From assembly GCA_013239625.1 (NCBI GenBank), contig MU053792.1:1196112-1260111 (forward strand): a stretch of DNA of 64,000 nt. Reading direction: 5' to 3'. Both the position numbers and the translations under genes were made by a program. This DNA comes from Lama guanicoe. Its lineage: Eukaryota. Below, piece after piece: positions 51,780 through 64,000 of the stretch; within the stretch, counting starts at the first letter, position 1, and each line of letters starts with the position of its first letter. The notes beneath the pieces are model-generated. The model had not been told where the DNA came from and did no database searches. It worked only from the letters and a program-made list of their open reading frames with translations.

Positions 51780-52822
51780 TCTTAACAGTTTTAATGCAAT
51801 TAACCCATTAAAATGTACAGCGGTTTTTACTCTATGCCCAGAATTGTGCATCCCCATCAATCTTAGCACATTTTCATCCCCTCAACAGGAAGCCCCGTAC
51901 CCATAAGCAGTCATTCCCATCTTCCCCATCCTCCCCCAGCCCCAGGCAGCCACTCTTCTCTCTCTCAGGATTTGCCTGTGCTGGACATTTCATGTAAATC
52001 AAGTCATTTCATGTAAATGGAACCGTCTATTGTGACTGACTGCTTTCATACTGAGTAACATTTTCAAGGTTTGTCCACGTTGTGGCCTGGGTCAGTACTC
52101 TATGCTTTGCTATTGCTGAATAATATTCCACTGTATGGCTGGGCCCCAGTGTTTACCCATTCATCAGGTGATAGACATTTGGGTTGTTTCTGCTTTTTGG
52201 CTGTGATGACTAATGGCGCCGTGAACATTCCTGTAGGAGTTTTTACGTGGACATATGTTTTCAGTTCTCTTACGTGTGTGCCCAGGAAGCAGAATTGCTG
52301 GGTCATTCAGAAACCAAATGTTCAACTCTCTGAGGACCCACCAGGTTGTTTTCCAAAGTGGCCACGCTGTGTTACATCCTCACCAGCAAGGGCTGTGAGC
52401 TCCGCTTCCTGTGTGTCCTCATTAGTGCTTGTTACTGTTTTTTTTGTATTATAACCTATTGTAGTGAGTGTAAAGCGGTTTCTCCTTGTGGTTTTGATTT
52501 GATTTCCCTTACAGCTAATGACACCATGCATCTTTTCCTTGTGCTTATTGGCCATTAGTTTATTTTACTTGAAAAACATCTTTTCAGATCCTTTATTCAT
52601 TTTTTAATTGAGTTGTGTTTTTATTTTTGAGTTGTAGGAGTTTTTTTTTTTTTTATCTTGGAGATACAAATTCCTTATGAGATAAATGCTTTGAAAAAAT
52701 TTTCTCCTGTGTATTTTTTCACTTTCTGGTTGGTGTCCTTTGAAGCAAAGTTTTAAATTTTGATGAACTCCAGTTTATCTCTGTTTTCTTTGTTCTTTGT
52801 GCTTTTGGGGTCATATCTAAGA
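51780..52822 (-). mobile_element. Old L1 (L1MB-like) 3' portion
   Basis: Minus-strand ORFs 52100..52306 and 52322..52555 resemble the L1 ORF2 C-terminus. cccagcccaggcagccact is a 3' UTR motif. Confidence 0.9.
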
Positions 52823-55800
52823 CCTGAGATATTTTATATAAACTTTCTATATAAAATAACTGAATTCTTAGGACTGTTCTAGGAGACGGGTGCTGCTGTT
52901 GTCCCCAGTCTATGGATGAGGAGGCTGAGATGCAGAAAAGCTCACTGACTTCTCAGGGGCACAGCTACTTGGTGGTGCTGTGAGAGTTCAGGCCCACAGG
53001 TTTGTCCCCAGCATCTGTGCTTGTCACCACCACACTCTACTCCTTCCCGGGGTTATTAATGAAAAAGCCTTTACTTTTTTGATTTCTTGTTAGTTTTTTT
53101 CTCATTGGGGATCTCATCTCCTCATTGTCCTTGCAGAACGCAGTGTAGGTTTATTTTAGGTCTCATGTAGGCAGAAGCACTGCTGTCAGTTTAACTTCTG
53201 TATTACTCACTCTCCAGTGATGGTTGTTACTAATTGACCTAATCAAGTCATGCTTAACTCTTCCCTGCTCATGACACTAAAAACAGAGTCATGACTTACA
53301 GAATGCTCAAAGAAGAAATTGATTTTATTTTGCTAACCAATCAAATAAAAACCCCAGTGTTGACACAGATTATAAGCCCTCCAGAATAGGGTCACTGTCT
53401 TCCTTGTGTTTCATTTGTTTGGTCACAGTGTCTGGATAGTGCCTTGCTGTCCAGCAGTTTAGTTAGAATACGGTGCTCGTGAATCATTGTAAGAACAGAA
53501 TTTTGGCAACAGACTCTGTTGTTCATTTCACAAGGGGAAAGATAATATAGAAATCCTGCTCAGATCTATTTTAGAATTAAGCTTGGGATTTTGAGAGTTC
53601 AAGAAACCATACAAAGATACTTTCACTAATTTTAGATCTGAGACACATTATGGTTACATACCATATCTTACCAACTTACCAACTTATCAACTAGATATGA
53701 CAAGAGAAGTGTATTGATTATTTGTTTTTGTTAAAATATTCTACCTGGGATAAAGTAATCAGGGCCTATAAATGAACAAAATATAAGTTTGTATTTCTTT
53801 GCAACATGGGAGCAGACTTCATGTATTTATATATTACATATGTGTGTGTGATTTGATCTGTTTTTCAGAGTGTTTTTATAGTTTTTCAGCAGTGTTCTAA
53901 CTTTAGAATTCTTTTAAAAAATCACCCCTGTGTCTAGTGCAGTTTGCACTGTGTATCCTGCCTTATGCATGGGATCCCACTGTCCCCTCAGTGAGGAATC
54001 TCCTCTCTTACTGAGTTAGTAGCAGAGCTACAGGGACTGGGGTTTCTAGTCCTTTGCTGTCCATGTGTTTGAAGTTGACTGTCAATCACGATTTTCCCTT
54101 TCTTGGATTTTCATTGTTCAATTAGAGTTTTTGAAAATAACTATTAATATGTTGCACTAGCCTCCCTAGAAACTTGATGTGTTTGTGCTTTTCAGTTTTC
54201 ATTGTATGGAAAATGTAAATGCACTCGTGTTTTTAAGTAGTCCTTTTTCACTAGGCATTTGTTTACCTCTTTATAGTTAAAAATTTTTTTTCCAATGAAT
54301 GCATCAGTGTGCATGTTTTAAAAGATACCTTACCTTTTATTTTTCTTATTGTAAAAGTTATATTCATTGTGGAGAATTTAGGAAATAAGGATAAACACAA
54401 TAAATAAGTTAAAAATGACCTGTAATCTCCTCACCTAGAGATACAGTTGTTAGGTTTGAAATTGAGAATTCCAAGTCCTCTCACGTTGTTCTTCTTTTTC
54501 AAGTACGTTTTGGTTACTGAGACCCTCGAATTCCCATATGAATTGTAGCAGCAGCTAGTCAGTTACTGCAGAGGAGCCCGCTGGGATTGTGATCGAGAGA
54601 CCACGTTGAATGCACGGATCACTCTGGGGAGCACTGACATCCCAAGAGCACTGTCTTCTGATCCAGGAACGTGCGTGGTGTGTCTGTCCAGGTATTTAGA
54701 TCTTTAATTGTTTCAACAATGCTTTTAGTTTACAGAGTATTATTTTACACTTTTTTTGCCTTTATACTGAGGACAAGTGTGCAAGGTACTGGGGTCAGAA
54801 GTTACTTGTATTTGAGCCCCGCTACTTGCTGCCACCATGGTCGCTGTGCTCTTGCTTTGCCCTCTGTACAATCTTGCACAAAATAGGACCTCAGTAACTC
54901 TCTCGAATGAATGGTTATATGATTGTTGGATGGTGCTTGAGAGCCCTTGCAATGATGTCTTTTTTCCAGCCTTTCCCCACTTCTTCTTAACTATGCCCTT
55001 TCTCTTCCTTTCCTCCAGCCTGGGTTTCAGCCTGCCTGTGGCGTTGATTTTTCTTGTCTGTAGACTCTTCCTTTCACTGGTTCACGGTAATGTTACATGT
55101 GGGCTGTGGAAACTTGCTAGATGTCAAGAAAGAGCAAAGCCATTGCATGCTAGCATTTTTAGAGTGTGGTAATCTTTTATCGATTGAAATTAAATCAGGC
55201 TGACCCCCTGAGCCCTCCCCTGAGCTCTTTTCGCCTTCTACAGGTGATACTGCTCTGGTTGCTGCATGTGCCCTTCCCCCAGACATGGTTTTGGAGTTGA
55301 GTAAGTCACCATCAGTGGAGCCCTCTCTTTAAAAGATGGAGAGAACATTTGCTCCTTCTCCCTGGTTGGGGACTTGGATGAGATGAGGTATCAGATAAAG
55401 AATGGAGCCTCACCTCATTCTGACCGCCGGTCTTTCCGTCCCTTTCCCCAAGGGAAAAGAGTACAGTTCAACAGTATAAATACTAATTGTGAGCTAATGA
55501 GAGAAAGACAACTGACCATTTATTAAATATCCTTTCACACCAGAAACAAATGTATTAACACACATGAAAAGCACACAAAGCACGGTAGTACTGTGGTTAC
55601 AAACCTGGGTCCAAGTTCGAGTCTCGATCTGGAGTGACCAGTGCTGTGAGCTGGAGAACTAGCAGGTCTACTTAGCCTCTCCCGGACTTGTTTTCTATCC
55701 TGCAGAGACGGGCTTGCTAGGCGTCCCCCCCCCCGTAGCAGTGCTGTGGGGTGTAAATGACGCACATGGGCAGCCCGAGCACAGCTGCTCGTTCCTCGTA

Positions 55801-56721
55801 AGTGCAGGATCGCATAGCTTTTGCGGTGACGACTTTATGACCGCCCCGTGTAGACTCTCAGTGCTCCAAAGGGGTGCCTTGTGGTTTGGGGATGGGATTC
55901 TCACTTCTGTAAATACCCAAGGATTGTGTTATTGGGCCCTGCTGATTTGAATCTACTCTTTACAAAGTATATAATGTAAATTTTTTTTCAAACATGCATG
56001 CTTTTTATTATTTATAGTTCTGCCCTCTCATCTCTTGGTGTGACTTTTCATGGAATCCAGGAAACAGTCCTAAGCCACCTGCCTCTTCACACTTCTCCGT
56101 GGTGGTTTTCTACCCTGACTAGAGGAGGGTTTTGCATGGGAAATTTTCTTTGTTCCCCTTTTCTTGGAGTCACCGTCTCTCTACCCATTTCTCACCTGTC
56201 CATCTGTCCATTTATCTACCCACTCATTCTTGTGACTTGTTCCAAAAAGCATTCCAGTCAGCTTACAGAATAACAGATACCAAATAAGCAGGTGAGAAAA
56301 TGGGGTCAAGTTCAGATGGTGAGGCTAGGAGGCGAGCCTGTGTGAGGGTTGCAGGTGTGAGATAAATGCCTCTGCCCTGTGACTTACAAGATCGACAGCA
56401 AGAGTGTGCCTGAGGCTCCCAGCAGACACAGGGAAGCAGGGTTTGTGGGAGATACTCACTGGCTGTGAAATAAATAAGTGGCTTAGGAGAAGCCCAGCCT
56501 TTCCCGCTACTAAGGCTTAGGAGAAAATTTTGAGTGTCTTCCAAAATCAGAGTATTTCATCTTTTCTTTTGTCAGAGTTCTGCGTATAGTTGGTTACATT
56601 CTATACCTGGAAATTTCTCCAAAACTGCTTTCCACGTGAGTCCCATGGCTCGGGAATGGGGTGGTTCTGCTCATTGACGGGTGTTGGCCAGAAACAGAAA
56701 ATGACAGCCTCAAAGGAGCCT

Positions 56722-56905
56722 GGGATTTGTCAGTCATGTTTTGTCAGTGCTGTAGATGTCAGAAAATGCTTTCACAGTTTCTCTCCATCTGAGGCGGCAC
56801 CGTGCTCTCTTACCAAGGGATTTGTCTGTTTTGTCAGTGCTGTAGATTTCAGAAAATGCTTTCACAGTTTCTCTCCATCTGAGGCGGCACCGTGCTCTCT
56901 TACCA
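56722..56905. repeat. Tandem duplication, 90-bp period, 2 copies
   Basis: tgttttgtcagtgctgtagat[g/t]tcagaaaatgctttcacagtttctctccatctgaggcggcaccgtgctctcttacca occurs at 56737 and 56827. Confidence 0.95.
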
Positions 56906-57259
56906 GCATCAGGAGCTCAGGGCCACGGGATGGTGCGGGCTGACTGCACTGCTGTCAAGACAGCTGAGCTAGTCACTGCAGGCGTGGTGCTTTCACGTAG
57001 TGCATTTCATGTTCTTTAATAGAAAGTTTCAACCGGGAGTTAATTAACTGAGTTGATTAACATTTAATGAATATGATGCTTTGTTGAAAAGACAGTTATA
57101 GGCAGAAAATAAGCTGTGAAGACTTTAAAAACGGTTTTATTACTGAAATTTCAGTAGGGAAGATACACAGTTTATCTTATTTGTGCCTCTCTTTTAAAGT
57201 AACAAAGAAAAAGACAGAAAAAGCAGAGGATGATTTCTGTTCTTCCTCTCGGCTTGCAG

Positions 57260-57386
57260 GTGCCCCTTCATCCAGTGGCATCCATCCAGACACCAGCACT
57301 GACACTGGCCGTGCTCAGAACTAGAACTGCCTCAGCCCTGAAGACACAACTGACAAATAGAAGGGGACCATGCCCTGTGACAGCAG
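57260..57386 (+). pseudogene. TRAPPC9: TRAPPC9 exon 6 remnant
   Basis: After ttgcag| it reads GAPSSSGIHPDTSTDTGRAQN*NCLSPEDTTDK*KG versus recalled [34 protein letters not shown]. Two stops, one made by a 6-bp duplication (agaact). Weak donor gtgccc. Confidence 0.9.
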
Positions 57387-59063
57387 GTGCCCTCACTTTG
57401 TGGGTCCTTATGTGACTGCGCGGTGTTAATCAGGATCGCCCGTTGTGTGACGCTGCTGCGGTGTCTCCTAGTGACTTGTTTCTGTGAGTACTCATGTATT
57501 ATCCTCCAATGCGTGGTACTACACACCTAAAAATGCTTTTTTCAGATGAAAAGTAATGTGTATTTAATAAGTCTGAAAAAGGGGGCAAAAGAGGCTATCC
57601 TGGCCCCGCTACTCAGAGATAATAATTAACATTTTAACGTTTATCTTTGGTTCTTTTCCTCAGTGTGTATCACCTCTGTCATAAAAACCAGCAAGGACTC
57701 TGTGCCTGTTTACTGTGTGGAGACCTCCAGTTCCATTTGGCTTGTTACGTGTTTTTCTATGATATTTAGTCTCCCCGGCATGATTTTTAATGACCAGTAT
57801 AGCATTCTGTCTTGTGGAGGCATCATTCTTTTTACGTAAGAGTTAAATAAATTTTTAAATTCCAAGTATACTTAGCTGAAATACTGCAAAGAGAACTGCA
57901 GTGGTACAGAAGAGCGGTATCAAGGGAAAAATGAAAGGCCCCTACCTCATCCTCCCCTTACTTCCTGAGATAAAAGTTGTTGACAATGTGGTGTATGTAT
58001 TCCATGACCTTTATGCCCATGACAAATGCATATATACACATATATATGAGAAATCTATGTATACGTGTGTGTATATATGTTTTATTGAAAGATGAGACCA
58101 TACTATATGTTTTTCTGCAGCTCGCTTTGTTCACTCAGGTGTATATCATAAGACGTCCTCCCACTCCAGACCTGCCCGGTCCTTTCAGATAGAGTGGAGG
58201 GGTCTCCTGATGTGTGGGTGTGGCCTCTTGTGCACGGACACCTTTGGTGGGAGAGTGCTGTGGACAAGGCCCTGGACCATGCCGAAACGCCGGCTCTCTC
58301 AGAGCCCGCAGCTTGCCGTGATTTACCGCATCATTGTCTTGATGGTGGGCACTTAGGTTTTCTCCATTTTCCACTGTCAGAAAGGATATTTGACGGACAT
58401 CCTTCTGTATAGACATTCCTGTGATCTTGTATGAGTATTTCTTTAGTTAAGGCTTCTGGAAATTTAGTCCCTGGATGTGACATTTACACTCATCACAGGT
58501 TCCTTTCAAGTGACTCTAGAAATTCCTTCTCCAGTGGGGAATGAAAAGATGTAGAATTACTTATGTAACCAATTCTCTTATCGCTGGATATAATTTCACT
58601 TCAGCTTTTCTTCCTGCCATTTTAAACAGTGCTGTGTAAATGCCCTGATGGGTACATCTTTTTGGACTGATTTTTTTTTTAAGGAAACAGTTCCTAGAAG
58701 TGGAGTTGAGTCAGTGTGTATGTACGTTTTTCAGAGTTCGCATAGCCATTGACGTGTCATCCAAAAAGGTCGCTCACAGCTTGTTCTCCCACAGATGGAC
58801 ACTAGATAGTAGATCCATTTAAAATATTTGCCAGTATGATGAGCAAAAGTACGTTTTCATTGTTTTAGTTTGCATTTGATGACCATTGAGGTATTGAGCA
58901 TTTTTCTCATGTTAGCCATTTGCCTTTTTTAAAATGAGTGGTCCTTTTTGTCCTTCGCACAAATTTAGGTGAGGGAGCATCTTGTTGCTTTGTGACAGCT
59001 CTTTGTATGTTATGAACATTAGCTTCTTGTCTGTCATCGACATGCATCACAGAGCTTTTTCTT

Positions 59064-60367
59064 CTTTTTTTTTTACTTTTTTTTATTGATTTATAATCGC
59101 TTTACAATGTGTCAAATTCCAGTGTAGAGCACAATTTTTCAATTATACATGAACATATATACATTCATTGTCACATTCCTTTCTCTGTGAGCTACCATAA
59201 GATCTTATATATATTTCCCTGTGCTATACAGTATATCTTGTTTATCTATTCTACAATTTTGAAATCCCAGTGTATCTCTTGCCACTCCCCACCCCCTTGG
59301 CAACCACAAGTCTGTATTCTATGTCTATGAGTCTATTTCTGTTCTGTATTTATGCTTTTTTTTTCTTTTTTTTTTTTTTTTTAGATTCCACATATGAGCA
59401 ATCTCATATGGTATTTTTCTTTCTCTTTCTGGCTTGCTTCACTTAGAATGACATTTTCCAGGAGCATCTATGTTGCTGCAAATGGCGTTATGTTGTCAGT
59501 TTTTATGGCTGAGTAGTATTCCATTGTATAAATACACCACATCTTTATCCAGTCACCTGTTGATGGACATTTAGGCTGTTTCCATGTCTTGGCTGTTGTA
59601 AATAATGCTGCTATGAACATTGGGGTGCAGGTGTCATCCTGAAGTAGGGTTCCTTCTGGATATTAGCCCAGGAGTGGGATTCCTGGGTTGTATGGTAAAT
59701 TTATTCCTAGTCTTTTGAGGACTCTCCATACTGTTTTCCACAGTGGCTGTACCAACCTGCATTCCCACCAGCAGTGTAGGAGGGTTCCCTTTTCTCCACA
59801 GCCTCTCCATCATTTGTTATTTGTGAACTTTTGAATGATGGCCATTCTGACTGGTGTGAGGTGATACCTCATTGTAGTTTTGATTTGCATTTCTCTGATA
59901 ATTAGTGATACTGAGCATTTTTTCATGTGTCTATTGGTCATTTGTATTTCTTGGAGAATTGCTTGTTTGGGTCTTCTGCCCATTTTTGTATTGGGTTGTT
60001 TATTTTCTTCTTATTGAGTTGTATGAGCTGCTTATATATTCTGGAGATCAAGCCTTTGTCATTTTCATTTGTAAAAATTTTCTCCCATTCCGTAGGTTTT
60101 CTTCTTGTTTTACTTCTGGTTTCCTTTGCTCTGCAGAAGCTTGTAAGTTTCATTAGGTCCCATTTGCTTATTCTTGCTTTTATTTCTATTGCTTGGGTAG
60201 ACTGTTCTAGGAGAACATTTTTGAGATGTATGTCAGATAATGTTTTGCCTGTATTTTCCTCTAGGAAGTTTATTATATCTTGTCTTATGTTTAAGTCTTT
60301 GATCCATCTTGAGTTCATTTTTGTGTATGGTGTAAGGGAGTGTTCTAGCTTCATTGTTTTACATGCA
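59064..60367 (-). mobile_element. Young 5'-truncated L1 with 16-bp TSD, nested in an older L1
   Basis: ORF 59938..60468(-) contains CKTMKLEHSLTPYTKMNSRWIKDLNIR (ORF2). There is a poly(T) tail and TSD cacagagctttttctt at 59048-59063 and 60368-60383. Confidence 0.96.
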
Positions 60368-62290
60368 CACAGAGCTTTTTCTTGCCATTGCTTGCCTTTC
60401 ATTTTGTCACGAGGTTTCTCATTTTGGTTGTGGCCAAAAATATTCTTAATACAGTAAATCTTTTCCATATGGGTTTTATCCTTGGCTTTATTCTTGGAAA
60501 TACCTTCTTACAATGGAAAAGAAAACTTTTCTGTAGGCTTTTGTATTCTCTAAAGTGGAGATGACAATAGTACTTGTGACAGGTTAAGTTGAGTTAATAC
60601 GAGCAAAGAGCTATATTTGCTGCTACTAGTATTTTTTAATTCTTGCATCATTATCTAATTTATCTTGTGGTCATTATGGTAGGAATAGAATGTATCTTTT
60701 CCAGGTGATTCTCTTGAGTGTCCCAGCACAATTTATTAAATTCATACTTTCTCTCTGAATTGCATTCCCACCTGTTCCAAGTACTTACATGTACTAGAGC
60801 CTCTTTCTGAGCTCATGGCTCCTGTCAACCTATCCTTTCTTACTCCAGCACTGTATCTTACGTATTATAAACATTTATTTAATATGTAACAGTGTGATTC
60901 TTTTTTCCTCTTTCTTTTTTCTTCCATCCCAAATTTTCTTGGCTAGTATTATGACTTTATTATTCCTGAATAATTCTGAAATATTTTGTTCAAGTTAAAA
61001 AAAATCAGATTGGAGTTGTCATGGGAATTTTTAATAAGTTTTGAATTACTTTTAGGAGAACTTACATCTCTACAGAACTGCTCTCCTCCGAGCAGTGTGT
61101 TGCTGTCGCTACATTGAAACCTCTGATTTTACCCCTCAGTGCAGTCCTGTAGTTTTCTCCATTTAGAACATGGGCATTGTTTTTGAATTTATTCCAGGTC
61201 ATTGTTTGTTTTTGTTAATTTTGTAAGTGAGAATTTTTTGCTGTAATACTTTTTAACTGCTTAAAACTGACACATAGAAAGGCAGATTGGTTTTGTAAAT
61301 ACTTATTTTGTAACTGGTCATTTAAAAATTGTAAGTATTAATTAAGTACTTCACCCAGAGCCCTTTTCTGTTTTTAAAAATTTGGTTCCAAGATGGTCAA
61401 ACTGATCGTAGCTAAGTAGCACAGATGGGGAGACAGCTGGAGAGAGGGGGTGCGGCTTCTGTACAGACTGAGCAGGTTTGTGGCTGCCTTTGGACAGGAA
61501 AAGCCCTGAAAGAGGTTGTTAGACCAGGGCTGGCTTTGAATGCACTTGAAGGCCAGCTCTCCTGCCTTCAAGGTGAAGCCCAGGGGGCTTGGCAGGCAGA
61601 TGCCACATCACTGGTCCAGCCTGATCAAGGTCAATGGCTGCACAGAGCACCCTGTCGGTGAGAACTGGAGACGATCGCCATGGGAAATGCTCGATGGCAG
61701 GAGCACAGCGGGGGAGTGGGGAGCCTGTGTGTTAAGGGCTTTCCAGGCCTGGGAGTGGGAAGAGCAGACTCTGCATCTGGAGCTGAGTTTGAATCCATCC
61801 TCTCCTGTTTACTGATCCTCTGACTTTTGTCAGGTTATATGGCCTCTTTGAACTCCTGTTTTCTTGTCTCTCAAAATAGGGGAATTACGGCCTGCTGCTA
61901 GTGTTTAATCAGGTAAATGATTTGTGTCTATAAAATGTCACGTACAGTGACAGGCTCATTTGTACTGCTCAGTAAGAAATGGGCTCTTGTTTCTTCTGCA
62001 ATTCAGTGCTCGACAGGACATCGGGGGAAAGCCAGTTCCTAATTTGTATGTGATGCAAATAGGAACAAAATTAATGTCTTGCCTTTCCCTAGCAGTATTC
62101 TTATTCCTTTGCTTCAATTACCTCTTTCCTCCTTTCCTTTCCCCTTCTACCTCCTCCACCAAAAGAAGCTGAGACTTTCTCAGAACACTTGATTCAAATT
62201 GGTTTTAAGGTTGGCTCAACCCCATGAAATGACAGTGGCATAAACAATATCTGTACACATCCCAGACTTGATCTTGATTGTATTTGATTT

Positions 62291-62331
62291 ACACACACAC
62301 ACACACACCCACCCACCCACCCACCCACCCA
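62291..62331. repeat. (CA)n(CCCA)n microsatellite
   Basis: Directly visible. Confidence 0.9.
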
Positions 62332-63681
62332 GGCTACCTCCCACTTGCTGAGGGAGAAGGACCACCTTTTCTGAGTTTTCATTCACTGAGCGTGAGAGCA
62401 AAGCCTCTTTAGCAGACTTTTGCCTGGCTTCATGCGTGGTTTTTTATTGGATTTCTGCTGTGGCCAAAGAAATATTCTCCTAGTAGAAGAGAGGAAGTCG
62501 AGACATAGACATTCTGAGATATTGGTGTCATCATATTTGAGTTGGAAGGAACTTAAGACAGCATAGGGTCATAACTTTTTATGGGTGAGAATCCATGATG
62601 GTGTAACTTGGACTAGAACCTGGGTCTTCTGTCATCATGTCCACACGGATGAAGAGGCAACTGGGTAGGTGATTGCAGGGGCCCTTCTTGCTTGAGTTCC
62701 AGGGTCTTGCTAGTTTTCATTGCTCAACTGCTTTTAGTTTATGTCCATGTGGCCTCTCATGGGAAGGTCACTCTGTCTTGATAGATTGAGTTTCTAATCA
62801 GCAAAAAGCTCTGGACCCACTCATATTTCCCAGAGATTTTCTGCTGACCTGCTGACACTTTATAAATGAGACCTAAGAAACTACTGGATATAAAATTCCT
62901 ATTATCACTTGCCCTCAAGTTCCATAGGTATGAGGTGCTGTCTCAGGCTGTCTTAAGGCTATATCTGAACAAAGATAGGGTCATAGGCTGTGCTGCTGGA
63001 CCCTCCCCAGTGGAATGGGATTCCCACCTTAGTGTTTAGAATCAGGCGGACCTGAGTTTTAGAATTGAATGAGCCAATCCCCTCATTTATTATTAAAATG
63101 CTGATCGCATGGTTCTGTGCTGGTGCCTGGGTAGCTGATTACTGAGGGACTCGGCAGTGAGAATGGGGGTGGGGCCCCCTGGATCATAGAGCTTATATTC
63201 CAGGATATGCTTGTAAAAGACTGGGTGTGCAGTGGGTTTTAGTAAATGTCCATTCCTTTCCTAATCCCCATTGATTATGTATCTTTATAGTAATATATGA
63301 ACAATTTTCTTATTGCAGTTTAAATCTCTTTGTAGTATTTAAAATATGTAGCTATAAACCAAAGTACATGAAATAAAATTATTTGACTTTTATTTTCCTT
63401 TCAATAAGCAAAACAAAACAATAGAAAAAAAAGTTTTGAAGGAGTAGAAATAATTTTATTTCCATGAAATCAAGTCCCTGTGTTAGTTTTTTTGGTTTTG
63501 TTGTTAAACAGTATATAAAATTGATTAAGATTTTTGACTTCAGTGTTGATAGTTAAGTAAGAATAGTTTCTTTTTGTGGTTGTCTTTGATGAATTATTTG
63601 CACCAGATCATAGATGATGTACATGTTACATATTGGAAACGAGGAAACAGTGAAGACATACTACCTCCAATGCAGTCATTT

Positions 63682-64000
63682 TGTTACCGAGTCTAAGCAC
63701 GGTTTGCTTGCCACATGACAGGCCAGTAAATCAGGAGATGAGGTGCTGGGGCAAGGAATAGTGACTTTATTTAGAAAGCTGGCAGACCCAGAAGATGGCA
63801 GACTGATGTCCTGGAGAATCATTTTCTCCAAGTCAGAATTAGGGGTCCTTTTATATTAAAAAGGGGAGGGGGTGTGGTTGGTTGTTATAAACTTGCTGTA
63901 GGAATTGTTTGTTCATGCAGCTGTCCCTGTGGGTCAGGTCATGGTGCCCCAGTAAAACCTCCAACGAAAGAAATGTTATTTGCTATTCTGCAACTTACTA
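63682..64000 (-). mobile_element. ERV LTR (same family as 30126), runs off the window
   Basis: tgttaccgagtc...catgacaggccagtaaat...ggggcaaggaatagtgactttatt. Confidence 0.85.

Larger units (their letters stand above)
37079..57386 (+). pseudogene. TRAPPC9: Unprocessed (duplicated) TRAPPC9 pseudogene, span of recognisable exons
   Basis: Four exon remnants match recalled TRAPPC9 in correct order and at native intron positions, with frameshifts and stops. It may continue past the window end. Confidence 0.93.

Noticed and set aside
37079..57386. Functional TRAPPC9 gene
   Set aside because: Several frameshifts, two in-frame stops, missing start region, exon 3 not found, and far more substitutions than expected for this conserved protein.
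57390..64000. TRAPPC9 exon 7 (YKNAGVIELEAC...)
   Set aside because: No convincing match. It may be deleted or lie beyond the window.

Overview
Mammalian genomic DNA, most likely camelid judging by short tRNA-derived Vic-1-like SINEs. No intact protein-coding gene is supported. The right half holds an unprocessed (intron-containing) TRAPPC9 pseudogene on the + strand. Remnants of four exons, including the 27-nt microexon, lie in native order downstream of an intact-looking CpG-island promoter with a perfect NRF1 site. The left half holds a decayed but still CpG-rich PAWR (Par-4) retrocopy, a 2.7-kb CpG-rich array of about 33 monomers (73-85 bp, each with GC boxes, two hairpins and a splice-donor-like GTGAG, arranged in higher-order units), a second GC-rich repeat of about 460-bp period, several orphan exon candidates and an inverted pair of solo LTRs. 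The rest is L1, L2, MIR, MaLR, ERV-LTR and hAT relics. Together these suggest, as inference only, a germline-active non-coding locus built from gene duplicates. Gene identifications and exon numbering come from recalled human sequences, and repeat family names and most repeat boundaries are approximate by-eye calls.
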